From Lytechinus pictus (taxonomy: Eukaryota): DNA of 64,000 nt. The stretch is taken from positions 29,450,001 through 29,514,000 of the forward strand of contig NC_087248.1 in the NCBI RefSeq assembly GCF_037042905.1, given 5' to 3'. Made by a program: the position numbers and the translations under genes. The first letter of the stretch is position 1, and each line of letters opens with the position of its first letter. Shown here piece after piece: positions 14,015-27,166 of the stretch. The notes under the pieces were generated by a model. That model did no database searches and was not told where the DNA came from. It saw nothing but the letters and a program-made list of their open reading frames with translations.

Positions 14015-14137
14015 ATATCGTCGCCTTCCCACAAAAGGGCCGTTATCGTGCAGTGAACAGTACGCGCTAACGGGTTTTGTGCGGGAAGGCGACGCGCAGT
14101 CCGCGCTAACGGCCCTTTCGCGGGAAGGCGACGATAT
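14015..14137. mobile_element. GC-rich palindromic mini-element inserted into a family F MITE (13955-14172)
   Basis: ATATCGTCGCCTTCCC...GGGAAGGCGACGATAT arms; the host family F sequence resumes on both sides. Confidence 0.75.
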
Positions 14138-14877
14138 GTTACCATTCGATGGCAAAGGTTTTTTGATAGTAACTTGTATGCAACAGGACCCCAGAAGTGT
14201 GAAAATAAGTTCTAAATAAAATTGGAATTAAAATTTCAATTCAGATTAACAGGAATCGCCCATAATTCCAGACAAACCCAAGGATAGTTTCTCCTGCAAT
14301 GTGATGTTAAGACTAATTATTGATCATTATTGGTAATGATGAAACCCCAGTAGGGTCCCATCCCCTGCGAGCCCCGCCCTTCCACTGACTCCCAACCTTG
14401 AACTGTAGAGCAATGGCTTGAAGTAGGCCAGGGATCATCGACAAACAATAGTACAAGGTCGCCACGGTAACGTCTGTCTGGAAAACAAAAGTAGACATGG
14501 GTTGCTCTCCGCTGTCTCCAAATCTCATCTTTCCTCATTTCATGCTCTGCGATCGATCGATACATCGCGAAACGATATCGTCGCTCAAGGCCGGCTGTAT
14601 GTACTTTAGGAATCACTTACAAGGGCTGTTCTCATGAAGAGAGGGATAGAGTGATAATGAGTTTGAGAAGGAGAAATAAAATTTTGGATGAATGAAGAAC
14701 GGGGAAAAGTGGAGAATTTACAATGTCGTGTGACCTTTCATTTGCATCTGCCATTTCAAGAATTGAATCTTTTGTTTTGAAACGGAACCATTGTCAATAA
14801 TCAAGGCTAGATGTGATCTAAAATCACTTGTATTTCCTTGAATATAAAACAATGTGACTGAATGAGAAAGGGATTTT

Positions 14878-15289
14878 GACACCGTTCTCATTACGCTTTC
14901 TGAAACTAGTTTACTGGAAACGGATTCAGGAAACCAGGTTTGAAGATGGCTTTGCTAGCGTTCCCACTTGATTACACTTCGCGTATAGCGATCTTGTTGC
15001 TATGGAAACGCTCTCAGTGGAGTGACACGTTTCGTGCAAAATTCGAAACCACAGCGTAGGCATTCTACACCTGTTGTATGGAGTAGCGTGCTCAAAATGT
15101 GCGAAGATCGCTTCCTGAAGAACAGTTGTGTCCTCACGCTAAATCCAGTTTAACGAGACAAAGCGATCTTGAAAACTACATCGCGAGGTGGTTTTCTGAA
15201 CTGGTTTGGAAGATCGCTTCGACTGTTCTCACTACACGTTAAGCTAGTTTCCACTAAACTAGTTTTAGGAAGGTAGTGAGAACGGTGTC
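14878..15289 (-). mobile_element. PIF/Harbinger-like MITE family C, copy 2
   Basis: GACACCGTTCTCA...TGAGAACGGTGTC; reverse complement of 3587-4008. Confidence 0.8.
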
Positions 15290-15374
15290 TTAGAGAGCGA
15301 AGGCCGGTGACAAGGAAAAACATTGAAAAAAATAATGGGAAGAAAAGATGTAATTATTTTTTATTAAGCCAGTC

Positions 15375-15520
15375 CGCCCTGGTATTCATTTTCTTCACCC
15401 GGGTGAAGTGCAGCATGATATGGATAAATTCCTTGCTGAAAGAATTGAACACCCTTGGCCGGGATTTGAACCCAGAACCTTCTGTTTGAAAGGCAATTGA
15501 AAAGCCATCAGCCCATAAGA
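15375..15520 (-). mobile_element. SINE 5' fragment
   Basis: B box (gggatttgaaccc on +) and body similar to the 10438 SINE. Confidence 0.65.
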
Positions 15521-15783
15521 CTTCCATCATTATTATAGCTCATTGTCTGTTCATAAAAGTAAAGCATGAAGAAAAATAGGATTCAAAACATATGATTATC
15601 TTTATAATAGTAAGAACCCCAGGTTTAACATGGACATACAAGAGATAGGTCTGTTGAATTCCTATTTTTTTATTGTTTCTGTGGAAATGAATAAATATGA
15701 AATTGAATTTTGATAGTGAAGTTTGATAAAAGAACTCAATTATTGAGCAGTGGAGCTCACCTGTGGTGAAATATTCTTGACCT

Positions 15784-15970
15784 GGGGGTGTTTCACAAAG
15801 ATTTAAGTCGCACTTAAATGCTGATGCGTACATGATATGCAATGCTCAATACGCAGTAGTGCGCATCCTCTTGGCACGATCTGACCAATGCGGTCATGCC
15901 TTTTATACAGTAAGCAACTTGACATGTAAGTGCGACTCTAAGTCATACTTAAATCTTAATGAAACACCCC
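15784..15970. mobile_element. Short palindromic MITE
   Basis: GGGGGTGTTTCACAAAGATTTAAG ... CTTAAATCTTAATGAAACACCCC inverted ends. Confidence 0.7.
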
Positions 15971-16023
15971 TCTGTTTATATTATATTATTTGATAATCAG
16001 AGGTAACAAAGTTTGTATACTAA

Positions 16024-16688
16024 TACCCCTTTCATATTGCGCTTTTCACCGGCGAAGTTCGCCAGCGAAGGGGAAAGTGTCCAGTATGAAAGATACATAA
16101 GAGAACTTCACCGGTGAAGTTTGCCGGCGAACTTCTCCACCTCTAGAGCTGGAGAAATTTGCCGGCGAAACTGTTTCACCGGCGAAGTCACCGGCGAAGT
16201 TTGCCGGTGAAAAGGCCAGTATGAAAGCAAACCGGAGAACTTCTCCTCTTTAATGACATCAGAGGTCAATTTTTTTCTCTCCCGCAGTCCCCTGTACCGA
16301 GATTTCGCGCGTGATAGTTGCAAGCTCAGCTGAATGCTATGGCCAAGTAGATACCCTCGAACATAATTTATTTTTTACTAACAATATTTATTAAAAAGCA
16401 CTTTTTGCATGTATAAAATGCGCTAAATATAAAAACAAGGTGATATTGTTTGTTTTTATCGTAATACTTCCAAAATATGTTGTAATTAATTTTTTTGATA
16501 CCTTTTTGTAATAGGTAAGAAGTAATGTTTACAATTTTTCTTTTGTTTGTTCTGCAATCGCCCGTTGACTTTCGCCGGGGAAGAATGTCAGTGCAAAAGG
16601 GTACATTTTTTTCTTCGCCGGGGAAGTGAGGAATGCGAGGCGGAAAAGTTTGCCAGTAAAAAATGAAGAGGGCAGTATGAAAGGGGTA
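16024..16688. mobile_element. PIF/Harbinger-like MITE with TAA TSD
   Basis: TAA-TACCCCTTTCATA ... TATGAAAGGGGTA-TAA; many internal CACCGGCGAAG motifs. Confidence 0.85.
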
Positions 16689-18439
16689 TAAGAAATTCAG
16701 GAGTGAACATCGGTGAGTTATAGTAGTCAGCAAAGGTGGAATAATAAAGATAAAATGATTTATGGAGTCCCTAAAGTCAAGGATGGAACAGAAAAGATGA
16801 ATATTAGAGATCTCCAGTGCACAATTATTATCACCGAGTCGAGTCGTAGGAATGGCTTTAAGAAGGTGATTGAATGGAAAGATCACCCAATTTCCTGCTG
16901 CTTGTAGATTGGATATTTCAAGAATGATAAGGTTGCAGAGAATGAATCAAGGACATTTTTATATTCAACGACTAATTCTTTGAAAGTGAAAGATGGTACG
17001 TCAGCATCCGTCAAACACACACATACGGTTTGTGATTACGCAGTCAGGGAAAAATATTGATGCGCAAATATTGGAAAATTTGGGAATGATATTTGAACAA
17101 GAACGATTGAAGGTCGCTCACGTAGCACCGATAGAGAGTGTAGACTTGCTGCAATCCTCAAAAGTATTTCACAAAATGTACCCTCATCAGGATGGAGGTT
17201 TGAAATAAAAAAAAATTTGTGGATTTCTGTACCTTATTTTAGAGAAATAAATAAGGGGGGGTCAAGCCCTAACTGTAGTAAAAATAAAAAGAATGAGCCC
17301 CAACTGTTGTAAACACTTGAAGACTCAACCCCCTCCATCTGAGAAAAAGAAAATCTGGTAATTTTTTATTTTACTTTTCCAGACAACTATAGAAAAAAAT
17401 TAGATTATAGCCTTCATTTCGGGTTCTTAAGGGTGTCGTGGGTAGGGAAAAGGAACATTTATCACACAGTCCTCCAAAAAAAGCACTGAAACGGAACATT
17501 CAAACAATACTAGTTTTTATGAATCCTGGCAACATTCATTCATGTTTCCAAAATGTTGCAAAAGGATTTGATACATTAATTCAATATATGCATGTTGTAA
17601 CTGAAGCTAATTGGATATTTATAGATTGAAAATTTAGCATCCTATCATCGAGTCATTTGTAAAGTTGTGCATAACATTTTATAAATTATTCAACCCCCCC
17701 CCCCCCCCGCCTGGTACTCAAAAGAAAAAGAGCCCCTTTTTTTCTTTGGGAGGGAGTTTGTTTGCATACTAAAAATTTGAATATCTACCATTTTGAAGAG
17801 TAGAGGAAGGGGGATAAGAGATGATGGAAATAAAAATTTATGAAAATGACTTGAATTATCTTCTGATTTTTGCAAGAATTAGAGAGGAAGTCGTGGAGAA
17901 GGGTCGAGAGTGATAAAGATGGGGAGAAAAAAAAATCCTTAATTTTTTTCTAAAGAGCACACAAAAAAAAGTTGTCAGACAAAATAAGAATAAATGTGGA
18001 TTGGAAACGAGCTTCCTCCTCCTTGAACTTGGGCAAGATATCCGAAGATCTAGAGCACAGGAAAGGAGTCGAAAGCTTTTTATCCAAGTAAAGAGAGATT
18101 AGCAACCTCCTTGACCAGCTATTGTACTTTGCATCATCTTCCTCTTCTGATTCCTGGGGCGGAGGTTGCCCCGCCTGGGATGGTCAAGAACAAAGCTGGG
18201 ACAAAATACTGCCAGTGTCTTTGTCTTTCTCTTGACGACTTGGTGCTGGTATTGAGTAAGTTGGGTTAGAATATGTTTCCTGGGGGTGGATTTATGGGGC
18301 AAGGTATGATGAATAAAAAGTAAGAAATGGTGGAGAAAAAGAAGTAAGAAAAAAGAAATACTGCTTTGACCTGTTATTTTGATTTTGTGCAATTGACGAG
18401 GTCTGAGACCTTTCCGCAACTTGTTGAATTTGTCTTAAG

Positions 18440-18640
18440 AGACAGACGAGGAGTAGAAGAATAGGAAAAGGAGAAAGAAGGAAAGAGGAGAAGAAGGAGG
18501 CAGAGGAAGACAGGAAGGGATTGAAGAAAAAAAGAAGGAGAAGGAAAATAGAAAGAGAGGAAGGATAATAAGAAGAAGAAAGATGGGGAGAGGGCAGGAT
18601 AAGGAGTATTAGAATGAGAAGGAAAAGAAAATGATAGTGA
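18440..18640. repeat. Purine-rich (GA) low-complexity tract
   Basis: Almost only G/A on +; explains the spurious F/L/S-rich ORFs on -. Confidence 0.8.
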
Positions 18641-20692
18641 GATATGAAAATAATTATCAGCAATAGCAGTTTGTTTGAGAAGTACATTTTCGAACACTTT
18701 CTCTTCTAGGTCAAGTCCTAATTAGAATCTTCAGAAACAGATACTTTGCACTCCACTTTCAGCGACAGAATAATGTTTTAGCCTGCTTTTGTGCTGTAGC
18801 CTTGTATTCATTGTAGCAGACAGAGAGCGTACTGCAACTTAATTCAAATATGAAAACAGGCCTTGGATTTTGAAGCGGGGAGGACACATCGCAGAGCCTT
18901 CAAACATATCAAGAAATAACATGCACATGATAAAATTATAAAGGCATGGAAAAAGCCGGATTCCCATTTTCACTCTCATATGCCTATTGATTTTTGGAAA
19001 TGTTTGGCAATGACATTTTACTTCTACGCTTTGTGTTTGTGTAGAGACGGCATGACATTAAACATGTCGCAGTATATCCGGGGCCCCGGTTCTCTTTTTT
19101 ATGAGTGGCATCTCGCTGTGAAATTACAGTTTCCATTCTCGTTCGACCCTGTTCCAGATTGGCAGGTCTTTTATTTCTGTCTGTCGTTTAGGTTTCATAA
19201 AATAGGGGGAAATATCAAAATAGAATTGACTTTTATTCATGTTTACGGGGATGGCATGAACAAAAAACTCTCTGAATGCAGATTACAATATCTAAAGGAT
19301 ATACTAACTTTGTGTTACGTAACACTTTTTATGATATTGAAAGTGCTCAACAATATTGATGTTATAAATGAACAGAGAGCAAGTGTAATCATGTAACAAA
19401 ATATTCATGAAAATAATTGATTTTCCATTAGATAAGTCTTAGTCTTTAATTTCAATCTAAATGAATTGATGTCAGCGATACAACTAATGGAAGATGTAGA
19501 ATTCCACGAATGGGGGGGGGGGGGGGGGTAGAGCTTGAGGAGGAGCTATCAATTAAAAGCTTTGTATTGGAGAGAGAGATAGAGAGAGTTGTATTTTTGT
19601 GTTTGGCGGGGGGGGGGGGGGGGAGGGGCATGGGTAAAAGTCATATTTCTCCCCTGGGTTGCTCAATATCACTACACAACCAGACCACTAAAGCAAAAAT
19701 TGAATTACATTTCTTGATTTATTGTTTTATGCTGAATTTTTCTTCACTCAAGCCCCATAGGGCCGATAGCGTGAGTGTATATACAGAGACAGAAATAGAA
19801 AAGAAGAAAGAAGGGAAGGGGGGTATGGTAAAGTACAGAAGGTAAAATGAATAGCAGGGATGCAGTCAAAATGTATAATATGCACAGAAATATAACCAGA
19901 GAGAGAGATGAAAAAAAACAAATATGAAGATATGACCCCGTGCTAAATACAAAATTTTCTGATGACAATGAGCGATGAAAGAGCAGAGGAAAGGAAGGTT
20001 ATTTACTATAGTGAATTTAGGTCGCCCAAGGTCCGCCGCAGCGCGTTCAATGCTATGCACTTTTTTTTTAGTTCACAAAAGGAGCACTGATACACAACTC
20101 TGCGAACAACCATGATTCAAGCATTTTCCATCACTGCGCGATTAGTTACTTGGAGTAATTTTAGGAGATGGCAAAAAAGGTAGGAAACAGAAGGTCATCG
20201 CTAGATATTAATGAAAGAGAAAGCTTGAAGAGAGTCAGGAAATTTAAAGAGAAGGAGAGAGGTCATGGCCTTATCCACTAGGAGGGGAGGAGGGGGGCAT
20301 GGGCACTTGCCCCCCCTCCTCCTCTCCTTAAATTTCAAAAAAATTTGTACACATTTAAAAAAGATAACTCAAAGTGAGGAGGCCACCGTTTTGTTCTATT
20401 TTGATTTACAAATGAAAAGCCAACTGTGTTTTAATATTGCACCCCCCCCCCAAAAAAACACAAAAAATGCCTGTGTACGGCTGCCCTATACGAGATTAAA
20501 GAGAGTTAGTAATAGAAGAGAATGATACTCAGATTTTCAGTAAGGATTAAAGTAGACATACATGCAGAGGTAAACTTAAGAACCTTAACAATCTTAAAGC
20601 AGATACGAACCAATAGCGGGTCCTGATGGAGTGAGGTTTCAATCTTTCAAGAGAGAATATTTGCCTTTTTGGTTCAAAGTACAAAATAAATG

Positions 20693-20858
20693 CAGGGGCC
20701 GTGGAACGGTTTTCAGAGTGGGGGGGGGGGGGGGCTGACCATGCAAAAAATCACGATCTTATGGTCATTTTTCCATTTTTGTACACGGTTTTGGAAAAAA
20801 GTGGGTGGGGGGGCTGAAGCCCCCTTGCCCCCCCCCCCCCATGCTTCCGCGTCCCCTG
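20693..20858. mobile_element. CAGGGG...CCCCTG MITE with 5-bp TSD
   Basis: AAATG flanks at 20688-20692 and 20859-20863; G-run/C-run subterminal arms. Confidence 0.75.
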
Positions 20859-20989
20859 AAATGCACACTTTTACTCCAAAAAAGTAGAGGTTCGTTATAA
20901 GAATTGAAATCTTGCTTCATCGGGACTGGTCCCCCGTATCTACCCTAGGAGGAGTGTGATTAGGTACCAGATTAGCTCCTTTACATTTA

Positions 20990-21377
20990 AGGCAGTGCTG
21001 CACCAGCCAGAGATTGCTCAATCTCGAGATTTTAGCTCGATCGGCCCTCTTCGCGATTAATCTCGAGATTCAAGAAACCCCGTCTCCACCATCGCAAGAA
21101 GAGCGATTCTCGAGCGAGGCAACGATGCATTATGGTCTGATGCCGTGAATAAAATAATCCTGAGTGCGTCTGCACCTGCGAATTAGCGGGATACTTCGTA
21201 AAATTTTTGCAAATAATCCCAAGTTGACCTTGGATTGCAATCTCGAGATCAATCCTTCGAACTAGCACGATAATTGCTTCTCCATTACAAATAATCTCGA
21301 TATTGTTCAGATCAGAATCATTTGCCGGATCAGAAATAGCGCGCTAATTTGAAAACTCGGGCTGGTGCAGACGGCCC
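20990..21377. mobile_element. PIF/Harbinger-like MITE
   Basis: Imperfect TIRs ...CTGCACCAGCCAGAG / CTCGGGCTGGTGCAG...; internal repeated AATCTCGAGATT palindromes. Confidence 0.75.
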
Positions 21378-21986
21378 TTTAGAGAGTAAATCCTGTAAAA
21401 CAGATTTTAATTTCATTTCCTCCACATCATACACATTCATTTAAACTAGTAATGAATCTGTAAAGTGACGATACATTTTGGGGGATTTTCCAAACTGAAG
21501 ACCGGCTTTAAATGTACAAACCTGATGCACAATTTTAGCCTGAATCAAGTGAATCAGGTTACATTCAAATATCAGTCATATAACTAGAGCCTGTTAAAGG
21601 TTCATAATAAAATCATTATTGCAAGAGTAGAGTTTCTTTTGATTGAAACTCATATTGCCATATTCAGTAAGGAACATGGACAGACCAGAATATTTATCAA
21701 ATAAAAAGATGGGCAGCGGGCAATGACTTGACGATGGGAGAAAAGAAAAAACCTTCCAAGAAATGACTAAACCTATTGATTTATCCAGTGTACAGGAGAA
21801 AGACAGAAATCTGTCAGCTAGTAGATAAGGGACAGTACCACAAAGAGGGTTATTACCCCCCCCCCCCCCGCCAAAGAGAGGGGAAAATAAAGAGTATTGA
21901 AAGGAAAGGTTTGGTCTGGGAAGAAGAGCTATTCATTGCAGAATAAATTTCTCTTATAGCCCCCCCCCCCCACTATAAAAAATATC

Positions 21987-22149
21987 CTGGGCCCCGCTGC
22001 ATAAAATTTACCATTATGGTAACTTTGCCATGCAATGGTAACTTGATTGGAATCCTTGATTTTGATTGGCTGTTGATCATTGTTACCATGGTAGTTACCA
22101 TTGGATGGCAAAGTTACCTCAATAGTAAGTTTTAAGCAACAGGGTCCAG
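21987..22149 (-). mobile_element. MITE family F, full copy
   Basis: CTGGGCCCCGCTGCATAAAA ... TTTTAAGCAACAGGGTCCAG; reverse complement of 10905-11050. Confidence 0.75.
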
Positions 22150-25100
22150 GTGTCCCCCTCTCCCCCCTCCCCCCCCCCCCCCATGGATATTTCAGACGAG
22201 GTAAAAATGAAAGGCAAGCTGGAAGATGAAATAAAAGTAAAAAACTCAAATGGAAGAAGAATAAAGAGTGCCCCTGACCCACTTGCCACTCCACATATCT
22301 CTGCATGTTTGGATATCCTTACTGTGCCTGTTTTTCATCGGATGTATTTGGCTCTTTATATTGGTGAAATAAATGAATGAATAATAATGGAAATAATAAG
22401 CTATTGGGAGAGGTAAGTCAATGATGATGGAAGGATAGAACAATGAAAAGGAGGTGGATGGGAATATTGAATATTGAAAAACTGATTTATACATCAAAGA
22501 TGTCTATACACTTAGCTCAAGGTTTTCTATTATATATTTGTTATACATGTAGTTGAAGACATCCTTCACATAACTTTTAAAAAAAAGTTCAAAATGTTTT
22601 TTCATATGGAAAATGGAGGTTGGTATGTCTTTTCCTTTCCAGCATTGAAAGAAAGAAAGAAAAAAAAAGCCCCAAGGTCTTCTAAGTGTATGCGTATATT
22701 ATATTTATATTCTTCCTTATTTACGCCCAGCAATGAATTAGCCTCTTTTGTATAATTCAATACAACTCTATGTTTGCCTGGCTTGGGTGGCCTTCGAGCT
22801 AAAATCCTTGACGAGATCTAAAGTCCGGGAGCACACAGACGTGGGCTCAAATAATACATACATTTGTATTTTTGCCTGCTCAGAAATTTAATTTAGCAAT
22901 GGCCTTCAAACGGATGAATGTCTCCTTTTATTTAAAAAATAGAGGGAGAGGGGATGAGAAAGGGAGAATAGATCTCTTTTAGAGATGGTTGTGTCGCTGC
23001 CGAGATGGGGAAACGGTGGCGTCACCGATTGGAGAGCGCATCTCACATTTTTGTATGATGGGTGAATTTGATCTTGGTCAAATAGAGGACAATTATAAGA
23101 AAGTATTTTGGTGCAAAAAGGTGGTATTCGCTTTTCATAAATAATTGAATATTTTGCCTCGTGAGCGATGGAGCAGTGTTGGTTCTTGTTCTTAAATACA
23201 TAATACATATGAACTGAATCACTATAGTGAGACCCAGTCGCCGGGGGGGGGGCACTGACATATTTTGGTGGTACGGGGGCGTGCTGCTTTGATGACCCCC
23301 TTTTTCAGACCTAATTTTCAGTTCTCTGGATACTCGGCATGACAAAAGTTCAATTCAGAAACTGCCCCGCACTGCCCCGCTCGCAGGACCTCCGTTACGA
23401 AACATGCCAAATTTGTCCAGCGCGAGCACCGCATGCGAGAGCTGCACGCACGGCCTCACAACTCACTCCGCTAGCAGCTCCATTCAACGCTAGCGCCCAC
23501 ATAATTGCACAGCGCTAGTGTGCACCGTATCTACTGTACCGCGATCCGTTCCGTAGCCCCTGTTTTCACACCGCCCTCAAATAATGATTTTTTTTTAGTC
23601 ATATTTATCTTGAAAGAGTCTGCCTGAATTTGATTCTTTATTTTTTCTTAGGTGTTTTTTGCAATTCATATGAACAATACCAAATTCAACACATGTAAAA
23701 GGTAAGGATTAAAAACTTTAGGGTTTCCTCTGTCTTAAGGAGTAATTACCAAGAATAAACGTGGGTGTCAACAAGAAAATTCCCTCCTATTGCAAAATTA
23801 CATTTTTTAAATGAAAAAGCATCACGCTGTTATTTCATGTTTTCTTTCCTGTAGAGCAAAGAGTCTGAAGGATATATATTCAAACAATAACATCAGATAT
23901 TCCCCTTATATAAAAGTACTTTATTGTTGTAATTATATAATGAAGGGCAACTGTATTATACTCCCTAAAGAACAACCACCTTGCATGCATACTTGTTTGC
24001 TGTAAGTAAGTCACAAGGCGATTGTTAACTCCTATATCAATGTAGATCTATGATTTTTATTTTGCTTCTAATTGCCAAATTTCTTTTTTGTAATAACAGG
24101 ACCTATTATTTTCAAAGAGGAATCTTGCTCTCAATTTTTAATAATATAACATGATAATTGTATGAATAAATACAAAATAGTCTAAACACAAAAATACTAA
24201 TTTTGAGCAAAACATATACATGATATATGGCAAAATTAGACAATGAAAATCAAAGTTATTAATGTTCTGAAGATGAGGTCACTAAAACTGTGAAACCATA
24301 ATTGGTAATTTGGTATTTGAATAAAGTTGAGAAAAAACGAAGGGAATAAAATCCTCATCTCTGTTATTGATGAAACCCTTTTAGCCAAGAAGTGTCCCTA
24401 TTAACAAGGAATGTTTAACAATTTGATGATCTTTTAAAATTGTTACCAAAATGTAATCAATCAAATGGATGCAGTGCATTTATAAAGTTAAGTGCAAACT
24501 TTTTAGATCTGACCATGACAAAACCTACTTAGCTCTACTACATGTTCAAGGGCAATTGCTTTTTATCAGGAAATTTCATTTTTAATTTAGGTGGTTGCCA
24601 ATTTTTTATTGCAATGTATTATTTTTCTCTTTTACATTTCTCTGAATTCTTTAATTTCTTTCAAGTTTAATTTGTTAAATGAGGTATGGTCTAATGATTG
24701 AGAGATATGATTACTTCAGTAAAAGTCCATGTATGTATTCTTCAAACACTTTCTATATAGTGCATTTCTCTTTTTGTCTTCATTTCTCTCTCCCTCTCTC
24801 TCTGTCTTTTATCCCCAAACTCTCAATAATTCTGTCTTCAATCTTGTACAAATTCATGTTTGCAGTTTGATATTGATATCTTACTTGTGTGTGGCCTTTT
24901 TTAGATAGTTAATCTTCAATTTTGAAGTTGAAGCTGCTGGATTACATGTTGCAAAAATACAAAATGTAACTTTGCCAAAGTACAGGAGATGGAACAAGAT
25001 TTTTGTTTTACTTTTTATAACATCAGGTAAAAATTGAACACTATTTGGGTGCTGGATCACCTATTTAGTCATGAAAAACTTGCATTACATTTAAAGACAG

Positions 25101-25557
25101 CTTTATTTCAACACGTCCAATAAATAATATGAAGCGTACTGATATAGTTATTTCATAAGTTTACTCTACCCATCTTGCAATTAGCGATGTCTGTTTATAA
25201 TTACTTGGTATTGTTCTCTTAATTGATCTCACGTTGCTCATTTTTGCTTCTTGTTTTTACCATCTGAGCTCCTTTTTCCAAGTAATACACACCCTAACGT
25301 GTAGCTTAATTAGTCTTTGCCTTGCCCTACGTTCACAGAGTGACTCGGCGTCGGGGGGGGGGGGGGGTGGGGATCCTCAGGGGTTGAGCAAGGTCTGCAA
25401 GAGATCTGTGTATATACATGTTTTTTAAAAAGGTTTCCCAAAAAACTTTTTGGTTGAAATGTCGCAGTATCCAGCGTTTGTTACATCTTGTTTGACATTA
25501 TGACATATATTGTAATAATTAGAATAATAATATATCAATAATATTTGGGTAATAATA

Positions 25558-25621
25558 ATTGTGAAGCGCTTTGAGCAGTCGTAGATAAAGCGCTCTATAA
25601 ACGCCAATTATTATCATTATT
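25558..25621 (+). mobile_element. L2/SINE-type 3' tail remnant
   Basis: TGTGAAGCGCTTTGAG...AAGCGCTCTATAAA stem-loop followed by (TAT)n. Confidence 0.55.
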
Positions 25622-26766
25622 GTGCTGCGTGGATCAATATGACGCATACATCTTTCTGCGTGTCCTCAGAGGCCCGGATGTAAGACCAGGGAAAATACAA
25701 AGGTATATTTTGCATCGTATCTGCATGCAAAGTCAGTACATGCATAAAGACTGAGCTAGGAGAGTACAAATGATAAATCTCTTCCAGATATGAAATCTAG
25801 GGTAATACGGTTTGTAAATTAATTACCAGCTCAGATGCCTCATACGGTTAATAATGTCACGTATTACCGGGTTTGAAGCGGCTTTCTATTCAAACACACA
25901 CAAATAACGAGTTTGGCATGGCTCAAAGATTTTAAACTTGCGATTCTGAAGAATAAATAATCAGATTAAAACGGTCTGCTTTGGGTCGGTGTGAATGCAG
26001 AAAATAATTATTGGGTATCCTTAAGGCCTGAATAAGTTCTGGTAATATAACAGATACTATTGTGATCAATTGGTCTGAATGCACACATAATCTTTATTTC
26101 TCAATTTGCTCTGAGACACCGGCTAAACATGTACTTGCCCATCTCTCTCTCTCTCTCCCTTCTTTTCAACTACTATTTTGTGTATTATTTCTATTTAATC
26201 CACAATTACATAAATGTATCTGAACTAAGTTCACTATCTCTTTCACTTTCTTAACCCCCCCCCCTCATCTCTTTATGTGCATCACTCTATCCGGCCCCCT
26301 CCCTCTCTCTCTATTCATTTTCCCGTTTGTTCCCACCCCACCCCTCTCTCCCTCATTCTACTACAAAGCCTGTAGCGTCCTTGAGTAGTATAATTACCGC
26401 TTCCCTCCTACTGTATCAAACCTGCCTGTTTTGCATTTATACAACATTGCTTAATATCATATCGGCCCACTCAATATTCCCTTGAAAATGTTAAGGGTTA
26501 TTAGACATAGTTGGCATTCTTTTAATCTGTGTCATAACAAAGAACCCAATTCTTAGTTCTTCTCATTACTGTTTTTTTTCTTTATTCACAGGTTAAATGT
26601 AAGAATTTGGCATGATGGTTTATATTTAGCTTTTAACAGAGGTACTTTTAAAAGGAATTTTTACAAAGCTACTTAACCTTGCAGAATGATGTCTTGTGCT
26701 TGAATACACTTCACAAGGCATGAAAATGCAACTGTCTTTCACATATTGGTTTTGGATTTCATTTAA

Positions 26767-27166
26767 TACCCCTTTCATAAACCCAATAAAACCTATCCTC
26801 CAATTAGCCGCCTAAGAGTAATGCGGATAATTTAATAAAAATTGCGTTCACAAACTCCGAAAATTATCCGCATTATTTTTACGAGCGCCCGTCCTGAAAA
26901 AGGCGGATAATCGTCATGACAACTGGACACGCCCCCTCCGATGCGGTTGTGTTGGAAAAGGGTGACCTTGTGACCGCACCATGGCAATTATCCGCATTAT
27001 TTGGAAATACGTTCATAAACTCAAAATCTTGTCCCGATGCCGCTATTATGCGGATAATAGCAGCATCAGAATAATGCGGATAACTCTTGTCCTCCTCTGA
27101 TTTTACGACCAAATTATGCTGCTATTAGCCGCATAATTGGGTTTTATTGGGTTTATGAAAGGGGTA
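26767..27166. mobile_element. PIF/Harbinger-like MITE with TAA TSD
   Basis: TAA-TACCCCTTTCATAAACCCAATAAAACC ... GGTTTTATTGGGTTTATGAAAGGGGTA-TAA; repeated TAATGCGGATAA motif. Confidence 0.9.

Noticed and set aside
16713-17208. Two adjacent coding-looking ORFs
   Set aside because: No recognisable domain or splice support; possibly a decayed TE fragment.
23240-23580. GC-rich segment starting with a CCGGGGGGGGGG run as a CpG island
   Set aside because: Looks like one end of an unclassified repeat, but no partner end or second copy is in the window, so neither call can be supported.
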